A DNA stretch of 64,000 bases from Candidatus Bipolaricaulota bacterium (GTDB lineage Bacteria > Bipolaricaulota > Bipolaricaulia > UBA7950 > UBA9294): contig JAPLGD010000089.1 in NCBI GenBank assembly GCA_026390345.1, positions 28,088 through 92,087 of the forward strand, written 5' to 3'. How positions within the stretch are numbered: position 1 is the stretch's first letter; every line of letters starts with the position of its first letter. Of this stretch, positions 40,116 through 48,492 are shown one piece after another. The position numbers and the translations under genes were made by a program. The notes under the pieces were generated by a model. That model ran no database searches. It was not told the DNA's origin and saw only the letters and a list, made by a program, of their open reading frames with translations.

Positions 40116-41729
40116 CTAGTGCTGGAAGTGCCGGATCCCGGTGAAGACCAGCGAGGCCCCGCGGCTGTCAACACACGCCAGGACCTCGCGATCGCGGATC
40201 GATCCGCCGGGCTCGACGAACGTGCGCACACCGGCGTCGGCCGCGAACTCCACGCTATCCGGGAACGGGAAGAACGCGTCCGAGACGAGCACCGCGCGCC
40301 CGAGAGCGGCGCAGATTCCCTTCTCGTCAAGACTCTCGCCCGCCAGGGTCGCGCGCGCCCGCTCCACGGCGAGGCGGGTCGACACCACGCGGTTCGGCTG
40401 TCCCGCCCCCATCCCGAGGAGACGCAACGCCCCACTCGTCTCCGCGACGATGACGATCGCGTTGCTCTTCACCTGCCGAGCGGCCACGAGCCCGAACTCG
40501 ATCAGCCGGCGAAGCGCGCCGCCGGCGCCAAGGTCTCCGTCGGGGCGGGCCTTCGAGACGACCTCCAGCTTCTCGAGGAGAACGCCGTCCGCGTCCTGGA
40601 CGAGGGCCGCGCAGCCGAGGAGCTTGATCTCCTTGGGGCGTCGGAGTCCTCGGGCGTCGAGACGCACGATCCGGAGGTTCTCGTTCTGCCTCAGGTACGC
40701 GACCGCCGTCTCGTCAAACGCCGGGGCCACCACGACTTCGACGAACTTCCGCTCCGACTTGTTCGCCGCATCGAGCCCCAGGAACTCGACCGCCGCCCGG
40801 TCGACGACCGCGTTGAACGCGATCACAGACCCGAACGCGGACACCGGGTCGGATCGCCACGCCGTCTCCAGAGCGGCACGCGCCGACGATGCCTGGCAGA
40901 GGCCGCACGGGTTCGTGTGCTTGACCACGGCGCACGCGGGAGCCACGAGGTCTCGCACAGCGGCCGCCGCGGCGTGGATGTCCACGAGGTTGTTGTACGA
41001 AAGCTCTTTCCCTCCGAGCACTTCCAGGTCGTAGAGCGACGCAGCGGCGTCCCGCTCGCGCAGGACGAACGCGCCCTGGTGCGCGTTCTCCCCATAGCGC
41101 AGCTTCCGCCCGCCGTGGAACGCCAGCCGGAGCGACGTCTCGCCGAACCGCTCGTCCAGCGCCTCGGCGATCATCGAGTCGTAGTCCGCGGTGTGGTTGA
41201 AGGCCTTCCGCATCAGCCGCGCCCGCGTCTCGAGCGAGAGCGCGCCCGTGCGCGTCTCAAGCTCCTGGATCAACTCCCCGTAGTCCGCGGGGTCGCAGAT
41301 GGCGGCCACGTAGCGGTAGTTCTTCGCCGCGGCACGGATCATCGTCGGCCCGCCGATGTCGATCTGCTCGATCAGGACATCGAGCTCTGCCTTCTCGTCG
41401 CGGTACTTGCGGAACGGGTAGAGGTTGCAGACGACAAGGTCGATGGGCACGATCCCCAGGCGCTCCGCCTCGGCTCGGTCGCGCTCGCGGTCGAAGAGGA
41501 TCGCCGACTCGATCGCGAACGAGATCGTCTTCATCCGCCCCCCGAACGCCTCGGGGTTCCCCGTCACCGACGCGATGTCGACCACCGGGATTCCGGCGTC
41601 GCGCAGCGCTTGCCCGGTGCCTCCGGTCGAGATGATCTCGCAGCTCCAACGACGAAGCGCCTTCCCAAGCTCCGCCACGCCGGTCTTGTCCGAGACGCTC
41701 ACCAAAGCCCGTCGGATCTTCCAGTCCAC
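40116..41729 (-). CDS. purH: Bifunctional AICAR transformylase / IMP cyclohydrolase
   Basis: MGS-like N-terminal domain (ALVSVSDKTG; STGGT) and an AICARFT domain (537 aa). Confidence 0.95.
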   Translation of the reverse strand: MDWKIRRALVSVSDKTGVAELGKALRRWSCEIISTGGTGQALRDAGIPVVDIASVTGNPEAFGGRMKTISFAIESAILFDRERDRAEAERLGIVPIDLVVCNLYPFRKYRDEKAELDVLIEQIDIGGPTMIRAAAKNYRYVAAICDPADYGELIQELETRTGALSLETRARLMRKAFNHTADYDSMIAEALDERFGETSLRLAFHGGRKLRYGENAHQGAFVLRERDAAASLYDLEVLGGKELSYNNLVDIHAAAAAVRDLVAPACAVVKHTNPCGLCQASSARAALETAWRSDPVSAFGSVIAFNAVVDRAAVEFLGLDAANKSERKFVEVVVAPAFDETAVAYLRQNENLRIVRLDARGLRRPKEIKLLGCAALVQDADGVLLEKLEVVSKARPDGDLGAGGALRRLIEFGLVAARQVKSNAIVIVAETSGALRLLGMGAGQPNRVVSTRLAVERARATLAGESLDEKGICAALGRAVLVSDAFFPFPDSVEFAADAGVRTFVEPGGSIRDREVLACVDSRGASLVFTGIRHFQH

Positions 41730-41771
41730 GATTCCTCCTTGAACCCCTGCCCGACCTGCACCCAGGTCGGC

Positions 41772-42593
41772 CTAGGCCGCCAAGACCGCCTTCACGACGT
41801 TCTGGAACAACACCAGCCCCGCCCCTTCCTCGCTTCGCTCCGGACGCTCCCGACGGAGGCGAGGCCAGTCGTAGTGATTGAAGAGGGAGAGGTACGCCTC
41901 GGGGTGCGGCATCACGCCAAGGATCCGCCCGCTCGGGTCGCACAGCGCGGCACACGCGAGCTCCGCGCCGTTCGGGTTCGCCGGGTACCGGTCCGTCGGC
42001 CGACCGGCCTCGTCGCAGTACGTGAGGCCGTTCAGGTGAAGCCGCGCGATCTCATCCCGCAAACTCACGTCGCGAAACACGAGTCGGCCCTGCCCGTGCC
42101 GGACCGGAAGCTCCCACTCCTCGAGCCCAGCCCACACTCGCGCCGGGCACTCGGCATCCGCTCGAACCCGCACCCACCGGTCCTCGTACTTTCCGGACGC
42201 GTTCTGCATCAGGGCCGCCTCCGCGGCGCCCTCGCCGCCAACGTCCGGGACGAGACCCAGCTCGACGAGCGCTTGGAATCCGTTGCAGAACCCGATCACC
42301 ATCCCGCCGTGGCGCGCCACGGCGCGAAGACCGTCGCCCATCGTCGTCCCTCCCGGGAGCTTTCGCGTTCGGATCCGATTCGCGAGGACCCTGCCGCCGC
42401 CGAGGTCGTCGCCGAACGAGAACCCTCCGGGGAGATGGACGACGTCGAAGGCGTCGAGCTTGATGTCGCCCCGCAGAATGCTCTCCAGGTGCACCGTCCG
42501 CGCGGTGGCGCCGGCGAGTCGGTACGCGGCCGCCGTCTCCTCTTCGCAGTTGATCCCGACCCCTGCGACAACCAGCGCCTGCACGGTCCTCAT
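41772..42593 (-). CDS. purQ: Phosphoribosylformylglycinamidine synthase, glutaminase subunit
   Basis: Class I glutamine amidotransferase with GFCNGFQ (catalytic Cys) and MPHPE. ATGA overlap with the purSL stop. Confidence 0.9.
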   Translation of the reverse strand: MRTVQALVVAGVGINCEEETAAAYRLAGATARTVHLESILRGDIKLDAFDVVHLPGGFSFGDDLGGGRVLANRIRTRKLPGGTTMGDGLRAVARHGGMVIGFCNGFQALVELGLVPDVGGEGAAEAALMQNASGKYEDRWVRVRADAECPARVWAGLEEWELPVRHGQGRLVFRDVSLRDEIARLHLNGLTYCDEAGRPTDRYPANPNGAELACAALCDPSGRILGVMPHPEAYLSLFNHYDWPRLRRERPERSEEGAGLVLFQNVVKAVLAA

Positions 42594-45589
42594 CCGTACC
42601 CCTCCAAACCGCTCCGCCACGCGGTCTCGAACCGCACAAGCGGAGCTTCGACGCAGGGGCGACCGCCCGCCGAGATCCGGACCCGCGCGTCACCCGTCAC
42701 CCGCCCGATCGGCCACGCGTCTCTGCCCAAGATCCCCTCGAACGCCCGGCGCTTCTCCTCCGGCACCGTGACCACGAACCGCGACGAGCTTTCGGAGAAG
42801 AGTGGAATCCAGGGGCGTTCGGATGGCCCGAGCCCGTCGAGCACGACGTCGAACCCGAGCCCTCCCCCGATCGCCGACTCCACGAGCGCCACGGCGAGTC
42901 CCCCGTCGGAGAGGTCGTGACACGACGCCACGAGGCCGGCGGCGATCGCCTCGCCGACGCACCGATACCGGTCACGGGCCCGCTCCGCTCTCACCTGCGG
43001 CGCCGTGCCCCCGGCAAGCCCCAGCCAGCGGAAGAACTCCGACCCTCCCAGCTCGGCCTGCGTCTCGCCGATCACGTAGATCGCGTCCCCCGGGGCCTGG
43101 AGTCCCGTCGTGACGGTCTTCCGCACGTCGGGGATCCCCGCCGTCGCCGAAAAGAGGACAGTCGGCGGAATCGAGATCGTCACCCCTCCGGCGGTGAAGT
43201 CGTTCTTCATGCTGTCCTTGCCGGACGTCAACGGCACCGCGTAGGCCACGGCGATGTCGTAGAGAGCCTGGCACATCCGGACAAGCTGCCCGAGTCTGCG
43301 GCGGCCGTCCGGGTTCGTCCGCGCGTCGTAGGCCACGTTGGGAAGGCAGAAGTTGTCGTTGACGGACCAGAACTGCGGCGCTGCTGTGTCCGGTCCGGGC
43401 AGCCGCCCCCCCACCGCAACGATCCCGCGCACCGCCTCGTCGAACGCGCATGCGCACATGGCGTAGGGATCAAGGTCTCCGTACTGAGGAGCGATCCCGT
43501 TCGACACGGCGATCCCGCGGTAGTCGGACCACGAAAGGCGAAGGACGGCGGCGTCCTGCGGGCCGCCGCCGCGACCCATGAGCGGCTTGATCACGGTGCG
43601 CCCCTTCACCTCGTGGTCGTACTGCCGAATAACGCCTTCGCGGGAGCAGACGTTCCAGCTTCCGAGCACGCCGAGAAGCGCCGACTCCAGATCGACGTCG
43701 GGGACTGCCGGCGCCTCAACCGGCGGATTCGACCACTCTGCGGCGAGGCGTTTCCGCGGCGCGCCGTGATGGAGGAAGTCGAGATCCAAGCAAGCGGCCG
43801 TGCGGCCCGAGTGTCTCACCCACAGGGCCCCGTCCTCGGTGAACCGCCCGATGTCAACAGCCTCGACGCCTCGCTCGCGCGCCAGCGCGAGGAGGTCGCC
43901 CTCCACGGCGGGGTCAACAGCGAGCGTCATTCGTTCCTGCGACTCGGAGAGGAAGATCTCCCACGGCTGAATTCCCTCGTACTTGAGCGGGACCCGCTCG
44001 AGATCCACCTCCGCGCCGCCTGTGATGCGGGCCAGCTCTCCCACCGACGACGAGAGCCCGCCGGCTCCGTTGTCCGTGGCCGCCTTCACCCACCCCCGCG
44101 CGCACGCCTCCTCAAGGAAGTCGCTCGCGAGTTTCTGCGTCAGCGGGCTGCCGATCTGGACGGCGGAGCGTGGCGACTCCTCGTCCAGGTGAACGGAGGA
44201 GAACGTCGCGCCGTGAATCCCGTCTTTGCCGACGCGCCCTCCCACGACGACGATCCGGTCCTCCGCGTCGATGCGCTTCTCCCACCACGGGGCGCCCGCC
44301 ACCCGCGCCGGGGCGATCGAGCCGGATCCGCAGAAGACGAGCGGCTTCCCCGCGAAACGATCATCGAACACGAGGGCGCCGTTCACCGTGGGAATCCCCG
44401 ACTTGTTGCCCCCATCCTCGATCCCTGCGCGCACGCCGGCGAAGACCCGCCGGGGCGCCAGCTGCCCGGGAAGAAGAGGGCGGTCGTAGGTCGGCGGCGC
44501 GAAACAGAGCACGTCGGTGTTGAAGAGCAGCCTGCCGCCGCCACGCCCTGTGCCGAGCGGATCCCGGTTGCACCCCAGGATACCGGTGATCGCGCCGCCG
44601 TACGGGTCGATGGCCGACGGGCTGTTGTGGGTTTCCACCTTCCAAACGAAGACGCTGTCGTCGTCGATGCGAACGACGCCGGCGTTGTCGTCAAAGACCC
44701 TGAGGAGCCACGCCTGCCCCCACTCGCGGAGCGCCTCCCCGACCACGCGCGTCGCAGCGACGATGTACGTTCGGAAGAGCGAGTCGATCACCACGGTCGT
44801 CCCCCGGTCGCGGTCGACGAACTCGACGAGCGCATTGAACTCCTTGTGCTTGCAGTGCTCGGACCACGTCTGGGCCACGATTTCGAGTTCGCAGTCCGTC
44901 GGATCGGCGGGGAGTCCACGCCGGCCACGACTCGCCCGAACCGCCTCGCGGTCGAAGTAGTCTCGCAGGGCCACCATCTCGGCCCGGTCGAGCGACAAGA
45001 GCCGTACCTCCGACAACCGGAGCAGGCCGGCGTCGTCGCGCGGGAGAGCAATCTCCTCGATCACCGGCTGCGTCGCGACTGCGCCGCGAGGCCTCGGATC
45101 CTCGTAGGCGTCGGCCGGTCCCGATCGGAGGACGTGGACGAGTGGGTTCCCGACGAGTTCCTCGGCGATGCGCCCAAGCTCCGCCGGGGACAGCGCGCGC
45201 TCCAGCCAGTAGACGTCACGCGATGCCGCCCGACCGGAGGCAATCTGCGGCGCACCGGAGAACAGGTCGCGGAGCACGGTCAGCACGGTTTGCCCCTCGT
45301 CGTCCGTCACGCCCGGCCGCTTGTCGACCGAGATGAACGACCGGAATCCCAGGCGGGCCGGCGCTCCGACACCCACGACACACGAGACCTCATTCCCGAG
45401 CGCGGCGAGCGCCCGATCCGTCCTCGCAAGGTCGAGCGCGGGGGACACCGAGTAGATCTTCGACGTCGTGACTCGCCCGGTATCGATCGAGAGGAAGTCG
45501 GCGGCCTGGCGGCGGACCCGTTCGCCGACCGGGTCGGCGCCGCGGTCGGGTCGGGAGGACACGTGAAGGTGCGTCCAGGTCTCAGGCAT
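42590..45589 (-). CDS. purL: PurS-PurL fusion: FGAM synthase synthetase subunit with N-terminal PurS-like domain(s)
   Basis: Start at Met184 of the listed 1182-aa ORF; the upstream part overlaps purM and is spurious. aa ~40-150 has PurS-like beta-alpha-beta repeats (FISVDKRPGVTDDEGQTVLTVLRDLF). The remainder is a PurL PurM-like tandem domain (SHCKHKEFNA...; VETHNSPSAIDPYGGAITG). Confidence 0.85.
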   Translation of the reverse strand: MPETWTHLHVSSRPDRGADPVGERVRRQAADFLSIDTGRVTTSKIYSVSPALDLARTDRALAALGNEVSCVVGVGAPARLGFRSFISVDKRPGVTDDEGQTVLTVLRDLFSGAPQIASGRAASRDVYWLERALSPAELGRIAEELVGNPLVHVLRSGPADAYEDPRPRGAVATQPVIEEIALPRDDAGLLRLSEVRLLSLDRAEMVALRDYFDREAVRASRGRRGLPADPTDCELEIVAQTWSEHCKHKEFNALVEFVDRDRGTTVVIDSLFRTYIVAATRVVGEALREWGQAWLLRVFDDNAGVVRIDDDSVFVWKVETHNSPSAIDPYGGAITGILGCNRDPLGTGRGGGRLLFNTDVLCFAPPTYDRPLLPGQLAPRRVFAGVRAGIEDGGNKSGIPTVNGALVFDDRFAGKPLVFCGSGSIAPARVAGAPWWEKRIDAEDRIVVVGGRVGKDGIHGATFSSVHLDEESPRSAVQIGSPLTQKLASDFLEEACARGWVKAATDNGAGGLSSSVGELARITGGAEVDLERVPLKYEGIQPWEIFLSESQERMTLAVDPAVEGDLLALARERGVEAVDIGRFTEDGALWVRHSGRTAACLDLDFLHHGAPRKRLAAEWSNPPVEAPAVPDVDLESALLGVLGSWNVCSREGVIRQYDHEVKGRTVIKPLMGRGGGPQDAAVLRLSWSDYRGIAVSNGIAPQYGDLDPYAMCACAFDEAVRGIVAVGGRLPGPDTAAPQFWSVNDNFCLPNVAYDARTNPDGRRRLGQLVRMCQALYDIAVAYAVPLTSGKDSMKNDFTAGGVTISIPPTVLFSATAGIPDVRKTVTTGLQAPGDAIYVIGETQAELGGSEFFRWLGLAGGTAPQVRAERARDRYRCVGEAIAAGLVASCHDLSDGGLAVALVESAIGGGLGFDVVLDGLGPSERPWIPLFSESSSRFVVTVPEEKRRAFEGILGRDAWPIGRVTGDARVRISAGGRPCVEAPLVRFETAWRSGLEGYG

Positions 45590-46727
45590 CGCCCTCCCCG
45601 TTCGCCGCGAATCGAGCAATCCCCAGGCCCCAAGCGCGAGCGTCGATCGTGATGCCGTCCTCGGGAACAACCCTCCCCGCGACCCGCGCACTCCTGCCGC
45701 AAGCCTCGAACGCTTGCACGAGTGCCCGTCCGTGCCCCTCCGGGACGACGGCGAGCATCCCGTTCCCCATGTTCCACTCTGCGTACGCTTCGCGTGCCGA
45801 CAACCCGCCCAGCTCAGCGAGGCGGAGAACCCAGCCGTGCGGAGACCAGAGATCGACGAGCTCCGCACCGAGTCCCGTCGCGCGGAGGACCCGCGGGAAG
45901 TTGCCGGGAATCCCGCCCCCCGTGATGTGCGCCAGTCCTCGAATCGGAACCCCCGAGGCGAGAGCGCTGACGACGGACGGCGCATAGATGAGCGATGGCG
46001 TGAGGAGAAGATCGCCCCACGACGTCCCTTCGTGAAGCGCGAGGTGCCACGCGTCGCCGAGGGCCTGCTCGAGAATCTTCCGAGCCAGCGTGAATCCGTT
46101 GCTGCGCAGGCCCGCGCTCCGAAGGGCGACGACCTCATCGCCCGGCACGAGACCCTTGCCGCAGAGGGCCGGCCGCTCTCCGGGGAGTACCCCGATGGCG
46201 GTCGCGCACCAGTTGACGTGGGGTCCGTCGCCCCACCCCCCGACGCGCCGGCCGAGGGCCGCGATCTCGCCTCCCGTCACGGCCACGCCGCACTCCCGTG
46301 CGGCGCGCGCGAGACCCGACATCATCGCGTCGATCGTCGCCTCGTCGAGTCGATCCGCGTCGATGATGTTCGACACCGCGACCGGCGCGGCGCCGATCGC
46401 CGCGAGATCGTCGAGAACCATGGCGAGAAGGTCGAAGCCCAGGGTGTCAAAGCGGCCAACGCGTTCTGCAACCTCGAGCTTCGTGCCGATCCCATCGGAC
46501 GTCACCGCAACGCGCGCGTCTCCGATCCGAACGACGTTGGCGAAGCTCTCCTCGTCCCCTTCGATCCGAAGCCCGTCCCGCCCTCGGAGAGCGCCGAACG
46601 TGCTCTGCGCGTAGGCATAGGCGATCGCCGAGCAACGATCCACCCCCGCCTGGTCCACGCCCTTCGCGTTTGCGTCCGGCTCGACCTGCGACCTTCCCCT
46701 GCGAACCCCCGCACTTCCTCCGCCCAC
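45582..46727 (-). CDS. purM: Phosphoribosylformylglycinamidine cyclo-ligase (AIR synthetase)
   Basis: GVDQAGVD..., SDGIGTKL and the PurM-type N- and C-domains. GTG start with AGGAGGG Shine-Dalgarno. First gene of the pur operon. Confidence 0.9.
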   Translation of the reverse strand: MGGGSAGVRRGRSQVEPDANAKGVDQAGVDRCSAIAYAYAQSTFGALRGRDGLRIEGDEESFANVVRIGDARVAVTSDGIGTKLEVAERVGRFDTLGFDLLAMVLDDLAAIGAAPVAVSNIIDADRLDEATIDAMMSGLARAARECGVAVTGGEIAALGRRVGGWGDGPHVNWCATAIGVLPGERPALCGKGLVPGDEVVALRSAGLRSNGFTLARKILEQALGDAWHLALHEGTSWGDLLLTPSLIYAPSVVSALASGVPIRGLAHITGGGIPGNFPRVLRATGLGAELVDLWSPHGWVLRLAELGGLSAREAYAEWNMGNGMLAVVPEGHGRALVQAFEACGRSARVAGRVVPEDGITIDARAWGLGIARFAANGEGDA

Positions 46728-46766
46728 GGCTTGGCCCTCCTGTTCCTCGCTCGGTTACGGGTGGCC

Positions 46767-46821
46767 GCAAAAAGCAAAGTGGGGACGAACACCAGCTGGT
46801 AGTCTTCCGATGCGTCCACCC
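46767..46821 (-). terminator. Leader hairpin plus U-tract (GGGTGGACG-N26-CGTCCCCAC-TTTGCTTTTTG) about 40 nt upstream of the purM start; candidate attenuator or riboswitch expression platform
   Basis: Seen in sequence on the minus strand between the candidate promoter and purM. Confidence 0.35.
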
Positions 46822-46866
46822 GTTCAGCCGCCGGTCCGCCGAGGGACTCGACGACCCCTCACTCAG

Positions 46867-46895
46867 TTTTTAGGTGCTGGCCGCCGAAGTGTCAA
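46867..46895 (-). promoter_or_regulatory. Candidate sigma70 promoter of the pur operon: TTGACA-N17-TAAAAA on the minus strand
   Basis: A perfect -35 hexamer with 17-nt spacing to an A-rich -10, which would give a ~130-nt leader before purM. Confidence 0.4.
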
Positions 46896-47172
46896 CGGGG
46901 ACATCGGCCGCCTGGTGAGGAAGTGTCGTTCTCGTCTGCGTTTCCGATCGTCGCCGCAATGCCCCGCCTCGTTGGGGGACACAGGTCTTGTCTGGCTGCC
47001 TGGCATCCCGGCGCCTCGCGGCGACGAACTCTAGAGCTGTACTGAAGACGGCGAACCCTTCCCGCCTCGCCACGCCAAGGGCAGACGGCCGGCGCGCCGC
47101 TTCCTGTAAGGCTTGTCCAGCCCCGACCGATCGAGTATCGTGGGCGCAGTATCGCAGGAAGCCAGGAGAGCT

Positions 47173-47796
47173 ATGCCGAACCTTCACATCATCGACCATC
47201 CCCTGATCCAGAGCAAGCTCACGCGGATGCGCGACGCGACGACAGACAGCGAGACGTTCCGGCGGCTGCTCGACGAGCTGACGGCGTTCATGGTGTACGA
47301 GATCACGCGTGCGTATCCGTTGCGCGAGGTCACGGTTCGGACGCCGCTCGAGACCATGACCGGACGCGTCCTCGGCGTCCCCGTGGTCCTCGTCCCCATC
47401 CTGCGCGCGGGAACGGGAATGCTCGGGGGCGTGCTCGATCTCATCCCCACGGCCAAGGTTGGCCACGTCGGCATCTACCGAGACCCGAAGACCCTCCAGC
47501 CGGTCGAGTACTACTGCAAGCTTCCCCCGGACCTCGCTCGTGCGCAGATCATCATCGTCGACCCGATGCTTGCGACGGGCGGGAGCGCCGTCGCCGCGAC
47601 GCGGATCATCAAGCGCGAGGGGGGGAGGGACGTTCAGTTCCTCTGTCTCGTCGCGTCGCCGGAGGGCGTGAGTGCGTATTCGGCGGAGCACCCCGACGTG
47701 CCGATCTACTGCGCGGCACTGGACCGCGAGCTGAACGCGAAGGGGTATATCCTTCCCGGTCTCGGCGACGCGGGCGACCGTCTCTTCGGAACCTAG
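47173..47796 (+). CDS. upp: Uracil phosphoribosyltransferase
   Basis: MPNLHIIDHPLIQSKLTRMRD start; PRPP-binding IIIVDPMLATGGS; YILPGLGDAGDRLFGT C-terminus. AGGAG Shine-Dalgarno. Confidence 0.9.
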   Translation: MPNLHIIDHPLIQSKLTRMRDATTDSETFRRLLDELTAFMVYEITRAYPLREVTVRTPLETMTGRVLGVPVVLVPILRAGTGMLGGVLDLIPTAKVGHVGIYRDPKTLQPVEYYCKLPPDLARAQIIIVDPMLATGGSAVAATRIIKREGGRDVQFLCLVASPEGVSAYSAEHPDVPIYCAALDRELNAKGYILPGLGDAGDRLFGT

Positions 47797-47813
47797 ACGC
47801 GAGGCGACCCGGC

Positions 47814-48491
47814 CTACGACGCCTGGCGCCGCCAATCCTCAAGAACCGCCGGCAGCTCGGCGAAGTCTCGGATCGTGCGCCACGCTGCTTCGCCTACCGC
47901 GGGGTCCTTCGGGTTCGCGGCGACGGCGAGGCCGACGATCCGCATGGCCGGCACGTCGTTGACGTGATCCCCAACGAAGCAGATCTCGTCCAGGTGGAAT
48001 CCCCTTTCCGAGGCGAGAACGCGCAGCGCTCGGTCCTTGGCCCACAAGTCGACGACCGTCTCCGCCGTTCCGGTGAATCGCCCATCGAGAACGTGGATGC
48101 GATTCGCGAGGGCAAAGTCGAGCTCGAGGTCCTCGCACACCCAGTCGGCCACGAGGTCGACCCCCGAGGAGAGAATCCCCATTCGGTAGTGCCCCCGCAG
48201 GGTCTTGACCGCGCCGACGACCCCGTCAGCGTACGGCGCCGGCAGCACCCGCGCCGCCACGTCAGCGACGGAGACACCCGCCAAGAGAGCGGCGTCTCGC
48301 GCCACCCACTCGGCGTACGCCTCGGGCCGGGAGAAGTAGTCCGCCAGGAGCGCCCGCGACTTCGCTCCCACGCCGGCGGCGGCGGCCACGGCCCCCCAAC
48401 TCGACTCGAACTCGATGCCGTGGTAGCGCACCAGCGTACCGTCGAGGTCGAAGACGATCGTCGAGATGCCGCGCCGCCGAACCCGCCCCAC
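47814..48491 (-). CDS. HAD-superfamily hydrolase (HAD-IB / phosphoserine-phosphatase-like)
   Basis: IVFDLDGTL motif I and FVGDHVNDVPAM motif IV. GTG start immediately after the upstream stop. Confidence 0.7.
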   Translation of the reverse strand: MGRVRRRGISTIVFDLDGTLVRYHGIEFESSWGAVAAAAGVGAKSRALLADYFSRPEAYAEWVARDAALLAGVSVADVAARVLPAPYADGVVGAVKTLRGHYRMGILSSGVDLVADWVCEDLELDFALANRIHVLDGRFTGTAETVVDLWAKDRALRVLASERGFHLDEICFVGDHVNDVPAMRIVGLAVAANPKDPAVGEAAWRTIRDFAELPAVLEDWRRQAS

Positions 48492-48492
48492 G

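Noticed and set aside
45590-46138. N-terminal 183-aa extension of the listed 1182-aa purL ORF
   Set aside because: It overlaps the purM coding sequence in a different frame and is Arg/Ser-rich junk. The PurS-PurL start is placed at the Met 2 nt after the purM stop.
46728-46860. ZTP (pfl) riboswitch in the pur leader
   Set aside because: GGGUCGU is present, but the conserved GGUGG..CCACCGGGGAGCGACCC core and the 3' CCGCCUGGGCA pseudoknot element are not found in order. It is kept only as a generic attenuator candidate.
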